Part shown: one piece after another, positions 39,861-52,750 of the stretch
Numbering within the stretch: position 1 is the stretch's first letter
Layout of the letters: each line of letters begins with the position of its first letter
Assembly: GCF_009914755.1 (NCBI RefSeq)
Contig: NC_060933.1
Length of the DNA: 64,000 nt
Source of the DNA: the human T2T-CHM13v2.0 reference genome, Homo sapiens
Reading direction: 5' to 3' (one strand)
The notes under the pieces: generated by a model
The model's database searches: none
Seen by the model: only the letters and a program-made list of their open reading frames with translations
Told to the model about the DNA's origin: nothing
Program-made: the position numbers and the translations under genes

Positions 39861-40040
39861 TGGTTGCCAGATAAAAGATAGTTACATTTAAATTTCAGAA
39901 AAACAACACGAATTTTTTAGTCTATGTTCTAAATATTGTGTGGGGCATGCTTATACTAAAAAAAAATTACTTGTTGTTTATCTGAAATTGAAATTTAACT
40001 GGGCGTCCTGCAATTTTACTTCCTACATCTGGTGATGCTA
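39861..40040. mobile_element. MER53 palindromic MITE
   Basis: ggttgccagataaaa...aatttcaga...ttatactaaaaaa...tatctgaaattgaaatttaactgggcgtcctg...atctgg. Confidence 0.85.
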
Positions 40041-40096
40041 CCTGAGATGGGAGGGGAGGAGAAAGTGAATGTCTCCATGTTTCTCTCATTTATATG

Positions 40097-40436
40097 GAGT
40101 TGGCCCTTTGTATCCGTGGGTTTTGTATCCATGGATTCAACCAACCATGGACTAAAAATATTTCAAAAGTAAAATAGATGGCTGCATCTGTTCTGAGCAT
40201 GTACATACTTCTTTTCTTGTCATTATTCCCTAAACAGTATACCAATCATCTACATAGCATTTACATTGCATTCGATATTAGACATGATCTGGAGAGGGTT
40301 TAAAGGGTACAGGAAGATGGGCATAGGTGCTATGCAAACACTACACCAGTTTCTGTCGAGGACTTGAGCATCCCTGGAGTTTGGTATCTTTGGGGTTCCT
40401 GGAGCCAATCCCTCAGCAGTACTGAGGGACAGCTAT
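40097..40436. mobile_element. MER2 (TcMar-Tigger)
   Basis: gttggccctttgtatccgtggg...atggattcaaccaacc...ggacttgagcatcc...gtactgagggacagctata. Confidence 0.88.
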
Positions 40437-41018
40437 ACTGTGTAAAGCTCTGATGCAAAATTTGAAAACTGCTGGCAGAAAGGAGCTCCAGGTCCTTCGT
40501 AGCAGCCCCCAGGACCTGTGAAGCTGGTGGAAGGAGCCCTTGCCCCATATAGCGCGGCAAGCCACAGAGGCATTCTCGGACACTGGAGCCCACCCTACCC
40601 AGCCCTGTTCTATGCTGAGGCCTCTTCTTCCAGTCCCGCCAGATCTCCAGCTGGTTTCAAGGGCAGAGGAGGAACCTGGGTCTGGAGCTCCCGAGGACAG
40701 TTCCAGGCCCCTTTGCCTGCAGCCGTGCTCCACTTTGAGAGGACAGGTAGAGTAATTGACTAAAAAGCCAACGGCAAGAAGCCATCACAAAGCCCTGTGT
40801 GTCTGTGAATTTTTACTCACCCCAGGAAACCAACAATTAAAGGTTTGCAAAAATCACTGGCCTCTGAAAAGAGTTCCAGCTGGAAGGCCAAGCAGTGTCA
40901 GAAAGCCTAAGCTTAGCAAGGTGGCTGCCTGTGGGCACAGACAGGCCAGCGGGAGGCCCGTCGGCCTCCTCAGTTACGGGAACAGAGGCCAGAATGAGCT
41001 GGCAGCCCGGCTGCCCCC

Positions 41019-41110
41019 GCCCGGCCCTCCACAGCCAGGTCCTCCCCAGCCCAGCTCTCCCAATCCTGGCTCCCCTAAGCCCGGCTCCCCACAGCCAGGC
41101 CCTTCCCAGT
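41019..41110 (+). repeat. Degenerate 15-bp tandem repeat (~6 copies)
   Basis: gcccggccctccaca / gccaggtcctcccca / gcccggctccccaca / gccaggcccttccca. Confidence 0.75.
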
Positions 41111-42814
41111 TGGTCATCCCCACCTGAGGGCTCGGGCCTGACACCTGTGACCACGTGTCCCTTCTAGAAGCCCCTGGATTTCTGAAACCAAAGCTCTGAC
41201 AGATGCTCCCTTTGGCAGCTGTAAATACCTGCAGAGGCCCTGCTCTGTGCCAGGGGCTGTGCTGCGAGGCACCCGCACCTGGCCCCTGACCCCAGGAGAG
41301 TCTCAGCAGCGCTTCAGGGTGAGCCGGAGCGGGACTCAGCTTGAGAAAGCTTGGGAGGCTTTCCTGAGGAGGCGGCTTCTAAGCCAGGTCCTGAAAAAGA
41401 ATTCTGGCCAAGTGTTGGGAGAGATGGGGGCTACAGCAGGCGGCCTGACACTGGAGGAGGCCGGGAGCTCAGGAATGGAGAAGGATGCTCTAATCTGCAG
41501 ATGGCCCTGGTGTGGGGGTGAGGGAGGAGGAGGCGATGACCCCCTTTTCCTGACTTACAGGGTTGGGTGGGTGGGAGCTGTGGCCTGGATTGCAGGAGTC
41601 TAGGGAGGACGGCGCTTGGAGAAATATTCCGAATGCACTGAGTTCAGTCCTCTCACAGCCTCCTGAGGGGCCTGCCCAGAGAGCGGAGGATGCTCCCCAC
41701 CCCTCCAGGTGCACAGCCTGACCACCCCCACCGCCGATAGAATCGCATGGGGAGCTTTGGGGAAGCCCAGCCCCAGGCCTCACCATCAGGGTCTGGGGCA
41801 GGGGCCAAGCATGGGTGGTTTTCACAGCTCTCCCCAGATTCCAGCGTGCGGCCTGAGGTAGGTGGATGCTGTGGCCCCGTGGGAACTGACCCATGGCTGG
41901 ACAGATGCTGGTCAAACATCCCAGCCCTTCTTCCTCAGGCCCACGGACAAATGATGAATGCTGTGTGTCTGTCTTCCTGGTTACACCCCCAGGCAAGCCA
42001 GGAGCAGCCAACGTGACCCTCCCTCTGGGCAGCCCAAACCCAGATCCTCCCTGCCAGGGTCTGGGTCCCCAAGGCACCTCCCTCCCAGCCCCCCAGTCCT
42101 GTTTCCCTCAGCTGCCACCAGCACTTAGGTTGAAGGCAGCTGTCACTCTCAGCGTGGGTTTCCCTCCACTGTCCCTATTCTGGGACTGAATGGTCTTTCT
42201 CTGCTGAGTTGGAGGTAATGAGAAGCAAGCCTGACATTGAAGGTCTGCTTGCCCTGAATAGACAAATCAAACCCGGATCCAGCCAGGGCTTTCGCTTTGC
42301 AGGTGTAGATAAGCACCCACAGTTAAAGTGGGATTCACAGCACCAGAAAGGTTATCCAAAAATCGACTTAATAACAGATGTGGTATGCAATTATTATTTT
42401 TCTTTGGGATCTTTAAAATTCCTTCTCACAGAGATATTTTTGCTTGGTCAAAAATATCCTTCAGGAGCACAGAAACTCATTTACATTATAGTGGAGACGT
42501 GGGCCTCGCAGCCTTGGCTGGCAGTGTGACCAGGGTGGGCTTCTGTGGGGTGGAGCTGCGGTGTGTGCTGGGGGCGCTGAGGGGCCGGGATGTAGGATCC
42601 AGGATCCAGGGAGCAGGGCACCCCTCCGCCTCTCTCCCCTCCCCCAGCCCAAAGGTGAGCAAGAACCCAGAACCCACAGGAAAACAAAGGAGCTAAAATC
42701 AGCCCTGGAGGTGCTGCCAAGAGCAGAGGAAAAGAACAAGAGGAATTATCTTCGAGAAAGAGCTGGGCGACCTTTCAGCAGGTGTGAAGCTCAGCCCAGG
42801 CTTCCGGTGTTTTG

Positions 42815-43205
42815 GGTTGAATAAAGGGATGAGGCAGTCCTAACCTCCGATACTCCATAATATGGCCTTATTTGGAAATAGGGTCTTTGCAGATGTAGTT
42901 AGTCCAGATGAGGTCATCCCGGAGTGGGTGGGCCCTAATCCCATGTCACTGGTGTTCCTATGAGGGGAGAGAGGCACAGAGACACATGGCTCCATGACAT
43001 TGGAGGCAGAGGTTGGCCCCAAATTGCCAGCAGCCACCAGGAACTGGGAGAGGCAGGGGAGTGATTCCGCTTCAGAGCCTCTAGAAAAAGCCCACTCTGC
43101 TGCCATTTGCTCTAGGCCTTCTGGCCCCCAAGACTGTGAGGGAATGAGTACCTGCGGGTCAAGCCGCAGGCCTGTGGGACTTGGCTCAGCAGGCCCAGGA
43201 CACTG
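42815..43205 (+). mobile_element. MLT1A/B-like MaLR LTR
   Basis: ggccttatttggaaatagggtctttgcagatgtagttag...gatgaggtcat...ggccctaatcc. Confidence 0.8.
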
Positions 43206-43529
43206 GTGCACCTGGTCTCTCCACCCCGCAGCAAGGTTGGGCCTGTCCATCTCTGGCTGCACCTTGGGGGTGATTCACTGGCACCCCCGTATTACCCATG
43301 CTGCTCTCCTCCTGACCAGAACGGTGGTCCCTGCCCTTCTGTCTCCTCTCAAGGGGACTCCAGGGCTTCCAGGAAGGAACGCCGCCATCTCCAGCAGCCA
43401 AGAGAGCCAAGCTCTGAGCCGGATTCCCCGCTTCCCAGTGCAGCAGGCCATCTGTGTGGCAAGTCCCCTAGACTCTCAGCCACAGTCCCTTCACCTGCAG
43501 AGAGGGGCCATGAGCACACAGGAGTGTTG

Positions 43530-43756
43530 CAAGCTTGCCAACCCACAGGCCGCAGGTGACATGGCCCAGGACGGCTTTGAATGCCACCCAACAAAAATTC
43601 GTTAAACTTTCTTAAAACAGTATGAGATTTATGTATAGGCCTTTTTTTTTTTTTAACTCATCAGCTACCACTCGTGTTAGTGTATTTTATGTGTGGCCCA
43701 AGACAATTCCTCTTCTTCCACCGTGGCCCAGGGAGGCCACAGATTGGATACCCCGG
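43530..43756. mobile_element. MER30 (hAT-Charlie)
   Basis: caagcttgccaaccc...ggcccaggacggctttgaatg...tattttatgtgtggcccaagacaattc...agattggatacccc. Confidence 0.88.
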
Positions 43757-44094
43757 TTTACAGGATGGAAGGGAACAGTGGGAGGGGCCTCTCCCACCTC
43801 CGTGGCCAGGCGCCCACCGACTCCCCCTGGAGACGGAACCCTGTTTCCTGTTCCCCACGTCTGGGAGGAGCAAACACAGCGCAGGAGCGGGCCCCAATGG
43901 CCCCAGCCCCTAAGGCCTCACTCCAGAGCCTCCTGCCCTGAAGGTGTGGGGCCGGAAGTTGGCAGCAGGGGCCCTGAGTGGTGGGGTCAGTGTTGGGAAG
44001 GACCGAGGGAGACTCTCTCACGCTCACCTGCCCCTAAGCTTCGTTGCTGCAGATTTTCTACTCCAGAAACGAAGCTGTTTACTCCACATCCTTG

Positions 44095-44576
44095 TGACAC
44101 AGGGCAGGTGAGCCCTAGCTGGGAATCAGCCTGGGAGGGATTTTTACTTTGCCCGGGAAATAATTCACGGGTGAGCCAGTGGTGGAAGAAACCCACTTTA
44201 TGGATGTGGCAGTGTCACAGGTGTCAGCTCTGAGCGTGTCACAACTCCGTGACTGCTCCTGCAGAGCTGGGCTCCCCACTGGTGGAGTGCTAAGAGCGGC
44301 AGCTCCAGGCAGCCCTGCAGCCATACGGATGCTTACTTTTAATTGCATGCAGATTAAGGGGCGGCATATGCAGAAATGTCTAGGAAAAGGGTAGTCACTT
44401 CTGGGTCATTGTCATTGCCATGAAAAGGGACTGCCAGGTGTTGCCATGGCAACAGTACACACTGGTGGGTGTGTCTGATGGAAAGCTGCTTCTACCCTGG
44501 CCCTGTTTTAGCTAGTTCCCAATTGGGTCTGGTGGCCAAGCCCCGCCTCCAGAGTCCAGTCCCACCTCCTACCTCA
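44095..44576 (-). mobile_element. ERV1 solo LTR (MER66-like; subfamily uncertain)
   Basis: TG...CA ends (tgacacaggg ... cctacctca) with 4-bp TSD cttg at 44091-44094 and 44577-44580. Confidence 0.85.
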
Positions 44577-46682
44577 CTTGGAGAGAATGTGGAAGGGGCA
44601 CACTCCTTGAGAAGTGACAGGGCGACTTAGGACCACTTCACCCTCGGGCACAACTTGTACCAAAGCAGGGTGTAGTGGGGTGAGGGTGGGTCCAGAAGGC
44701 TAGGGGCCTGAGGGTCTGGCTCACTCAGGAGCACCCACCTGTCTCTGGCACTGCCCCCACCTCTGACAAGCTTCCCTCCATGGGCCAGTGTCATCTCGAA
44801 GAGAAACTGTGATCACTTAATTTTGTTTAAATGAATTCCCTCCACCTGCCCTGTCCACGAATGCTAGTTGAGTGAGAAGAGACATGGGTTAGTAACAGAC
44901 AAGCCAGCCACCTCCTCCATGCTCCTGGTTCCGTAGCAGGGGACTGGGTAGGTCCTGGCTGCACTGAGCTACTTACTGGTAAAGAGGGCAGTGAAGCCTC
45001 TCAAGTGAAACCACTCAAGCGAAACCACTCAAGCCTCAGGCTCAGGGCGGTTCTCGAGGGGAGGCCCAAGCCCAGTGGTAGCCCTGGCTTGTTAGAGGTG
45101 CAAACCCTTGGCCCCCGACCCATGGAGGCAGAATCTGAGGGTGGGGCTGGCATCTGCTCAGGATCCCCCGGGTGCTTCTGACACTTGCTCCCAGGGATCC
45201 CCTGCCTGCCTTGTTTCACACCTTGTTTTGTGCACAAGGGGACTTCATGACGCCATCCCTCCAGCTCTCAAAGGACGGTCCCCAATGCAGCCCTGGAAGG
45301 TGGCTCAACAAAAAAGACCCCCATGAGGCCAGGCCTGGAGCTCCAGTGGCCCAGAGCACTGTAGGCTAAACGCAGATGTGACCACTGGAGTGAAAGCTGG
45401 AAGAGCAAATCCAGAAAGCCAAGCCTTCCTGTAAGCCTCAACAGCCAACCGGATCGGCTGAAGAGCAATTAGGAACTCAACCGACAGCTCACATCTGAGC
45501 CCAATCAGAACAATGCAGCTAAGCAATAGTGGCCCAGTGAGCCCCTCTCCACCTACCCAAAGAGCCCAGAGATCAGGGGGTCCTAGCAGTCCCCAAGACC
45601 AAACTGTCTGCACAAGCCACAGATGGATAAGTGGTGCTATTTGCCCCACCCATAACTAGTTGACAAGGTAGGAAGTCAGTTTAGGAGATCTGGTGGTAAT
45701 GGTGAAGTTTATGCCCTTGGAGCCATGGGGACCTGGGTTCAAATCCTGACCCTGCTGTTCCTAGCTCTGTGAACTTGAGAAAGACAGTAGCCTCCGTTTC
45801 TTTGTCTGAAATGGGAATCTGGGGATGAGGGGAAGGCAATGCCCCTCCACCCATGCACATCATCAGGACCATTTGAGATAGGAAACAATACCTATCTCAT
45901 CTGATCCTTGTCAGTAATTAAATAGTGCATGTGAAACGTTTGGTGACAGCTCTGTCATGGCTTGCCAAGCATCTTGGATTTTGAGTCAATGATCTCACTT
46001 CTTCCACCCAAGGAAGGTTCAGGACACTTTCCACCCAAGCCTCCACCAGAACCTAAGCTTCATCTGCATCTCAAAATCAGCACTGGCCAGCAATGGGCTT
46101 CTGACTCATTGGAGTAAATGGTCTACCTGTCAGTAAATTAAGTTTCAGATTCAAAGATAATCTAAGAATCAGAATTTCATGCTGCTAGAGCAATGCCCTT
46201 TGACTCCCAGACCCAAAGGCTGACAGCTGAGTAGGAACCCAGCTCCTGAAGCGGTGGGAGGGCCAGAGGGTCTGGGGAGCGGGGAGCAGAGAGATAGGAG
46301 AGGCACACAGAGAGAGGTGGGCTGGGAGCAGCCGGAGGGCCCAGGCCCATGCAGGGCATCTCCAGTAGCCTTGCTCTTCTCAGATCCTGTGTGTGGGGCC
46401 CAGGGAGGGGACTGGTGTCTGCAAAGTCCCTGTAGACCTGTCACCAGCATCTCCTATCGTCAGCATCTTGTATGACCAGGTACGTTGGTCACAACCAGAA
46501 AAGCAACATTGCTGCAATGCTATCATTAATTAAACTTCAGACCTGATTTGAATTTCACTAATCTTTCTTCTGAGGTCCCTTTTCTGTCCAGGACACCACA
46601 GGACATTGTGTCGTCTCGGTTTCCTCCTGGCTGTGGTGGTTTCTCAGCCTTTCCCCATCTGTGATGACCTTGACAGTTTTGA

Positions 46683-46964
<282 letters not shown>

Positions 46965-48068
46965 CTTGGTGGGGCTCTGTCTGCTGTGTTTCTCACAGGT
47001 AGACTGGGTGATGGGTTTGGGAGGAGGAGCAGGAAGGCAATGCCCCTCCACCCACGCACATCAGCAGGATCATGTGCCGTCCACTTGACTCTCACTGCTG
47101 ACACTGGCCTTGGTCACTGGCAGAGGATGTGCACGTCACGTGTCTCCACCATGGAGTTACTTATCTTTTTCCAAAAGGGAATGTTAGTGTTTCCTATGGA
47201 CTCGGACTCAATGGGGAAGGAGCCTGTCACTGGGCCCAGAGATGTCACTGAGACGTGCTGTTTGCCTGTTCTTACCTGTTCAGGAGGGTGCTGGTATCTG
47301 CAGAGGCCACCACCCCAGAGGCTCCTAGGAAGCTCCTCCAACCCCTGCCCTATCTCCGTCTCCTCTCTGTGGGACACAGACTCTCCCCAGGCCTGAGAGG
47401 AAGGGGCAGCAGAACTGGCCATCTGCCCTGGGGTCCTCAGCCTCCCTCTCGTGAGGCCTCAGCCAGGGGCCCAGCCTCACAGGTGGACTCCGTGCAGGGG
47501 CCATTTGTCAGAGACGAGGGGAGAGAAATGGAGCTGAAACCAGTCGGCAGGAAGCCAAGGGAGGCAGGTCTGTGGCTTCGCTGCCCTTTTCAAATATTTA
47601 TTTCTCAGCCCTGCCATTCTTCACTTTCAAGGGGCCTATATCTTAAAAATGGGTGCTTGATTTAGTGCTAATGAGGGCAACTGTCTAAACCACCACGAGC
47701 CCTGATTTTAATTAAAATGACAAAGACGGGTGGGCCAGGAGCTGAATGTCCTGTTTCCCTCTGGCCCTTAGAGAGAAAGGAACAGGACATCTGGATTTAG
47801 GAATCCAGTCCTCACCGGGGGCCCAAAGTCAGACTTCCTCTTGGGGAGCAGGGGACGTCCCCACTTCTTTCCCTCCAGGAGCCCTGAGGCCAGGCTGTGA
47901 GGGACCCCGCACCATGCTCCTGGCCCCTTTCCCGCCTCCCCCGCTCTGTCTCCCTCCTTCCCTTCCCCTTTCTGGGCCTGGGTGGATCTTTTCCAGAATC
48001 CTCTTCCTTCTCCAAAATGATGGCGGTCCCCGGAGAAAAGCCCCAGTGCCACTTTGGGGTTTGGTTCA

Positions 48069-48430
48069 TGTTATGGGCTGGGTGTCTGTGTTCCCCCAAA
48101 TTTGTATGTTGAAGTCCTAGGCCCCCAGGACCTCACAATGTGAGAGTATCAGAGATAGCGTCTTTTCAGAGGTCACTAAGGTAAAATGAGGTCTTCAGGA
48201 TGAGCTCTAATCCATTGTGACTGGTGTCCTTAAAAGAAGAGGAGATTAGGACACAGAAGCCCACAGAGGGATGACCACATGAGGACGCAGGGAGAAGACG
48301 CCATCTGCAAGCCCAGGAGAAAGGCCTCAGGAGGAACCAGCCCTGCCTCCACCTGCACCTCAAACTTCCAGCCTCTGGGACTGTGAGGAAATCAATCGAG
48401 TGTGTGGTTAAAGCTGCACAGCCCTTGGAT
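48069..48430 (+). mobile_element. MLT1A/MSTC-like MaLR LTR, 3' end disrupted
   Basis: tgttatgggctg...tgtatgttgaagtcctag...gtgtccttaaaagaagaggagattaggacacag...aaacttccagcctc. Confidence 0.85.
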
Positions 48431-48610
48431 TTCATTCCGGCGCCCGAGCTGCGTCACAGGGGTCCGGAGAGTGTGGTTAAAGCTGCACAGCCCGTGGGAT
48501 TTCATTCCGGCGCCCGAGCTGCGTCACAGGGGTCTGGAGAGTGTGGTTAAAGCTGCACAGCCCGTGGGATTTCATTCCGGCACCCGAGCTGAGTCACAGG
48601 GGTCCCGAGT
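48402..48610 (+). repeat. 69-70 bp tandem triplication
   Basis: gtgtggttaaagctgcacagccc at 48402, 48471 and 48541. Confidence 0.95.
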
Positions 48611-49387
48611 CTGCACTGTTCATGCCTGATCATGTTCTACATCCTCCAGCCTGGACGTGTAGACCCTTGGTCTGCCTTTACCAAGGATCCTATTAAGCCA
48701 GCTCAGCACGAATCCCCTGCTCTTGCTGTCTACGGGAGCTCCTCTTAATCATTTTCCACCCACCGTCCCTCACTCTGCTTACCTGCTGAACATCCCCAGC
48801 TGTCTGTCTATTCAGAATTGAGCTCAGTTCCACACTAAAATCTTTTCCTCCTACTGCGGGAGCTCAAATAAAATCAGCCTGAAACACAGTGAACAGCAGA
48901 GCTAAGGGTGGCCCCTGTTGAAGGGCTGGGGCGCTGCCTCTGGGGGCATCTTCATTAGACCCCCGGGAAGCAGGTATCTTCTACTTTTACAGAGTAACAC
49001 GAGATTTCTGTTTTCCACTCACCTTCCTGAGAAGTGTTGTGTGTGTGAAGGCCCAAGGTGGCCTTATTCCTCTCTTCTTGGTAAGGTTTTATTGAAGTCC
49101 ACTGGGGAATTTGGGGCAGCAGGACTCAGGCGGGGGTCTCATCCCAGAGCCGAGGAAGACAGACACAGTGGTCACAGGAAAGTGCACATGGTTGCAAGCA
49201 AGCAACAGGAGCAACGCTCACCTTTCCTGGCATCTGCTTCTTTCTGAGGAGGCGCCAGTCCCAAGGGAGAAGCCCACTGGTGCACGGCGTAGGTTGTCCT
49301 CCCGAGCCTGTCGCAGGACACATGCGTGGGCTGGACCAGGCATTGCCAGATAAAAATGCAGGACACCCTGTTGAACGTGCATTTCAG

Positions 49388-50371
49388 CCGCTGACCCAGC
49401 AGTTCCACTCCTGCATCCACACCCAAGAGAAACAAAGGCAGAGGCCTCACAAAAACGCGCACTTGGAGATTCACAGCAGCTCCATTCGTAAGAGCCCAAA
49501 GGCAGGAACAGCCAGAGGCCCGCTGTCAGTTACAAAATGTGCACCAGACGCTTGTTAAAAACAGCAAGACAGATTTTATTCCAGCTACCCCAATAGGAGG
49601 AAAGGGCTTTAGTGTGGAACTGAGCTCAACTCTGAGTAGACAGAGGCAGCTGGGGATGTTCAGCAGGTCAGCAGAGTGAGGGGCAGTGGGTGGAAACTGA
49701 TGAAGAGGAGCTCCCTTAGACGGCGAGGGCAGGGGATTCGTGCTGAGGGGGCCTAACAGAATCCTTGCTAAAGGCAGACCAAGGGTCCAGATGTCCAGGC
49801 TGGAGGATGTAGAACATGTCAGGCATGAAGAGTGCAGGATTCTCAGCAAATAGGTTTAGCATGACTTTTGCTAAAGCTGGGAATGGCAGGTGAAGGGTGG
49901 GGTGGCAGACCGACGTCAGAGGACCCTGATAGGGAGGAAGTCTTTGTCACCATACTCTGATGAGTGGATGACAAAAATACTGTCTAACACAATGGAACGC
50001 TGCTCAGCCATAGGAAGGAACGGAGTTCTGACGCTTGGTGCAACACGGGTGGACCTGGAACGCGTGGTGGGTGCAAGAAGCCAGTCACAAAGACCCCATT
50101 TTATGGGATTCCATTCGAGTGAAATGTCCGGATGTGGAAACCCACAGGGACGTGCAGCCAGGCAGGGGTCGCTTAGGGCTGAGCGGAGCGGGGATGGGCA
50201 GTGACAGGCGACAGGGGTGGGGCTTCTTTTTGAGGGAATGAAAATGTTCTCAAATTGCCTGTAGTGATGGCTGCACTTATCCATAAATATGCTACAAAAC
50301 CATTGAACTGTGCACTCTAATGGGTAATTGTACAGTATGTGAATATATCTCAATAGAGCTGTTTATAAAAA
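49388..50371 (+). mobile_element. L1MB-type 3' end interrupted by a MER31-like LTR
   Basis: gacccagcagttccactcc...; agaagccagtcacaaagacc; aaaaccattgaactgtgcact...tatctcaatagagctgttt. Confidence 0.8.
49525..49949 (-). mobile_element. MER31-like ERV1 LTR
   Basis: Ends ...gtctttgtca (TGACAAAGAC on -); gattttatt at 49572 is the poly-A signal on -. Confidence 0.75.
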
Positions 50372-51382
50372 GGTTAGCTGGGGAGACACCCACACCACAC
50401 ATTCACCCACATGCCAGGGCATGCAGTGACAGCTGCTTCCTCTTCTTGGCGTCATCATCCTCCTGAAAATAAGACTTGAATTCCAGATAAATGAAAATTT
50501 TGTTATTTACTATAAACATGTCCCGTAAAATACTTGGGACATGCTAATTAGCCACAGAGGGAGACCCTTCTACTCCCTAGGCATCAGAAACTGGCCCCTC
50601 TTCCCACAGGCAATAAAAACAACAACGTATCAATAACAACTCATAACAGCCTGAAACACAGTGAATAGCAGAGCTAAGGGTGGCCGCTATTGAAGAGCTG
50701 GGGCACTGCCTCTCGTGGCATCTTCATTAGACTCCTGTGAAACAGGTGTCGTCTTCTTTTATAGAGTAGGTAGAGTAGGAAGAGGGAGCTTAGAGAGGTT
50801 GCACTTTGCCAGCATGTACGCACTCTTAAGCGATGGGCTGAGATTAAACAGGCTCATTAGAGCCTCTCACACAATTAGGAAAACGGGCTCACACCCAGCT
50901 GGGGGCCCAGATTGTGCAGGGACAGGGTAGAGGCCACGGGCTGCAGGCCCACAAGTCTACTGTGCACCTGCTCGTGGATGGAGCCCAAGCGTGGACAGCT
51001 CGGATCTCCTCCTCATGGACCTCACAGAGCAGGAGGTGCCAGGACAGGAGCCGAGATGCTGAGCTTGCCCACAGGTCCCTGTGAGGACGCAGCTACCCAC
51101 CCAGCAGTCCCTGAGTCCCTTCTCAGCCTTCCCAGACCAGAGTTGAATTCCCAAACCTGGAAAGTGTGGTAGAGCTCCAGGGGAACCGGTCAGGCTGATA
51201 ACTGCAAAGTCCTCAAATCGCAATGACTCTTAGGAGCCTGCGGCTAATTTGCAGGCAGCTCCAAGGTGGCTTCTGGGAGGGGCAGGTCTGGGCCTGCCAG
51301 GAGCTGCCTGCGTGGGTCTGGGGTCCAGAGGACAAAGCCCCTGGTTGGGCTTTGAGGCTCTGCAGCACTAAATGCCCCCATT

Positions 51383-51661
51383 GTTTTTTGCTGTTGTTGT
51401 TGTTGAGACGGAGTCTCCCTCTGTCACCCAGGCTAGAGTGCAGTGGCACAATCTTGGCTCACTGCAACCTCTGCCACCCATGCTCAAGTGATTCTCTTGC
51501 CTTAGCCTCTCTAGTAACTGGGATTACAGGCACATGCCACCACCCCCGACTAATTTTTTGTATTTTTAGTAGAGACGGGGTTTCACCATCTTGGCCAGGC
51601 TGGTCTTGAACTCGTGACCTCATGATCCACCCGCCTCAGCCTCCCAAAGTGCTGGGATTAA
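51383..51661 (-). mobile_element. AluS (slightly 5'-truncated) with (TTG)n tail
   Basis: Reverse Alu body. Confidence 0.93.
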
Positions 51662-52207
51662 AGGAGGCAAGCAGCTTTTCTTCAGGAAGTACTGCCAGAC
51701 CTCCATGAAGGGAAAGGAAAATGAAGACATAAGTGATTTTCTGAAAAGCATCTATTAGAGAGAGGTGGCGGGAGAGAGAGAGAGAGGCCAGTTCTGCTGA
51801 CAGCTGAGATCCTTTCTATATTTGCAGAAACCTCATCTGGGAAATCCCTCGTCTGGGTTGGTTCTCTGTGTGTCCCATCACTTTCATCTTGTGGCTGGAT
51901 GTATGGAAGGGAGGGAGGGGGAGGAAGGAGGGGAACTGACTCTGGAGTCCACAGGCAATCGGATGAGTAAGGAAGGAAGGCTAACAGCCTGAGTTAGGAG
52001 TTCACTGCCATCCTCTTGTGCAGTGAAGTAAATAAGTGCTTAGAGAAGTGAAGCAACTCAAAGCTAATGTGTGCACTAAGTAACACGGGTGAATCCAAAC
52101 CACTGCATCACTCCAAACCACGTGCTTCTGAGCCCATGATATCTTGATAATAAATTCCTTGAAAACAACTACACATCTCTTTCTAAGACAGCACTTGGTG
52201 TATAGTA

Positions 52208-52750
52208 GGTGCAGCATTACCAGCACAGTCACCCACGGGCCCTCCCCCAAGCCACATGCACCATCCACCACCACAGGAACCCACAGGCCCTCCCCCTTGC
52301 CACGTGCACCATCATCATCACCACAATCACCCACGGGCCCTTCCCTGTGCCAGGTGCACCGTCACCATCACCATAGTCACCCACAGGCCCTCCCCCAAGC
52401 CAGGTGCACCATCACCATCACCACAGTCACCCACGGGCCCTCCCCCATGCCAGGTGCATCATCATTATCACCACAGGCACGCACGGGCCCTCCCCTGTGC
52501 CAGGTGCACTGTCACCATCACCATAGTCACCCATGGGCCCTCCCCCAAGCCAGGTGCACCTTCACCACCACCACAGGCACCCACAAGGCCCTCCCCCGTG
52601 CCACGTCCACCATCATCATCACCACAGTCACCCATGGGCCCTCCCCTGTGCCAGGTGCACCTTCACCACCACCACAGTCACCCACGGGCCCTCCCCTGTG
52701 CCAGGTGCACCATGATCACCAGGGTTACCCACTGGCCCTCCCCCGTGCTA
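52208..52750 (+). repeat. VNTR, ~50 bp unit (~10-11 copies)
   Basis: acccac(g/a)ggccctccccc..gccaggtgcaccatcaccatcaccacagtc at 52231, 52279, 52329, 52379, 52429 and onward. Confidence 0.95.
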
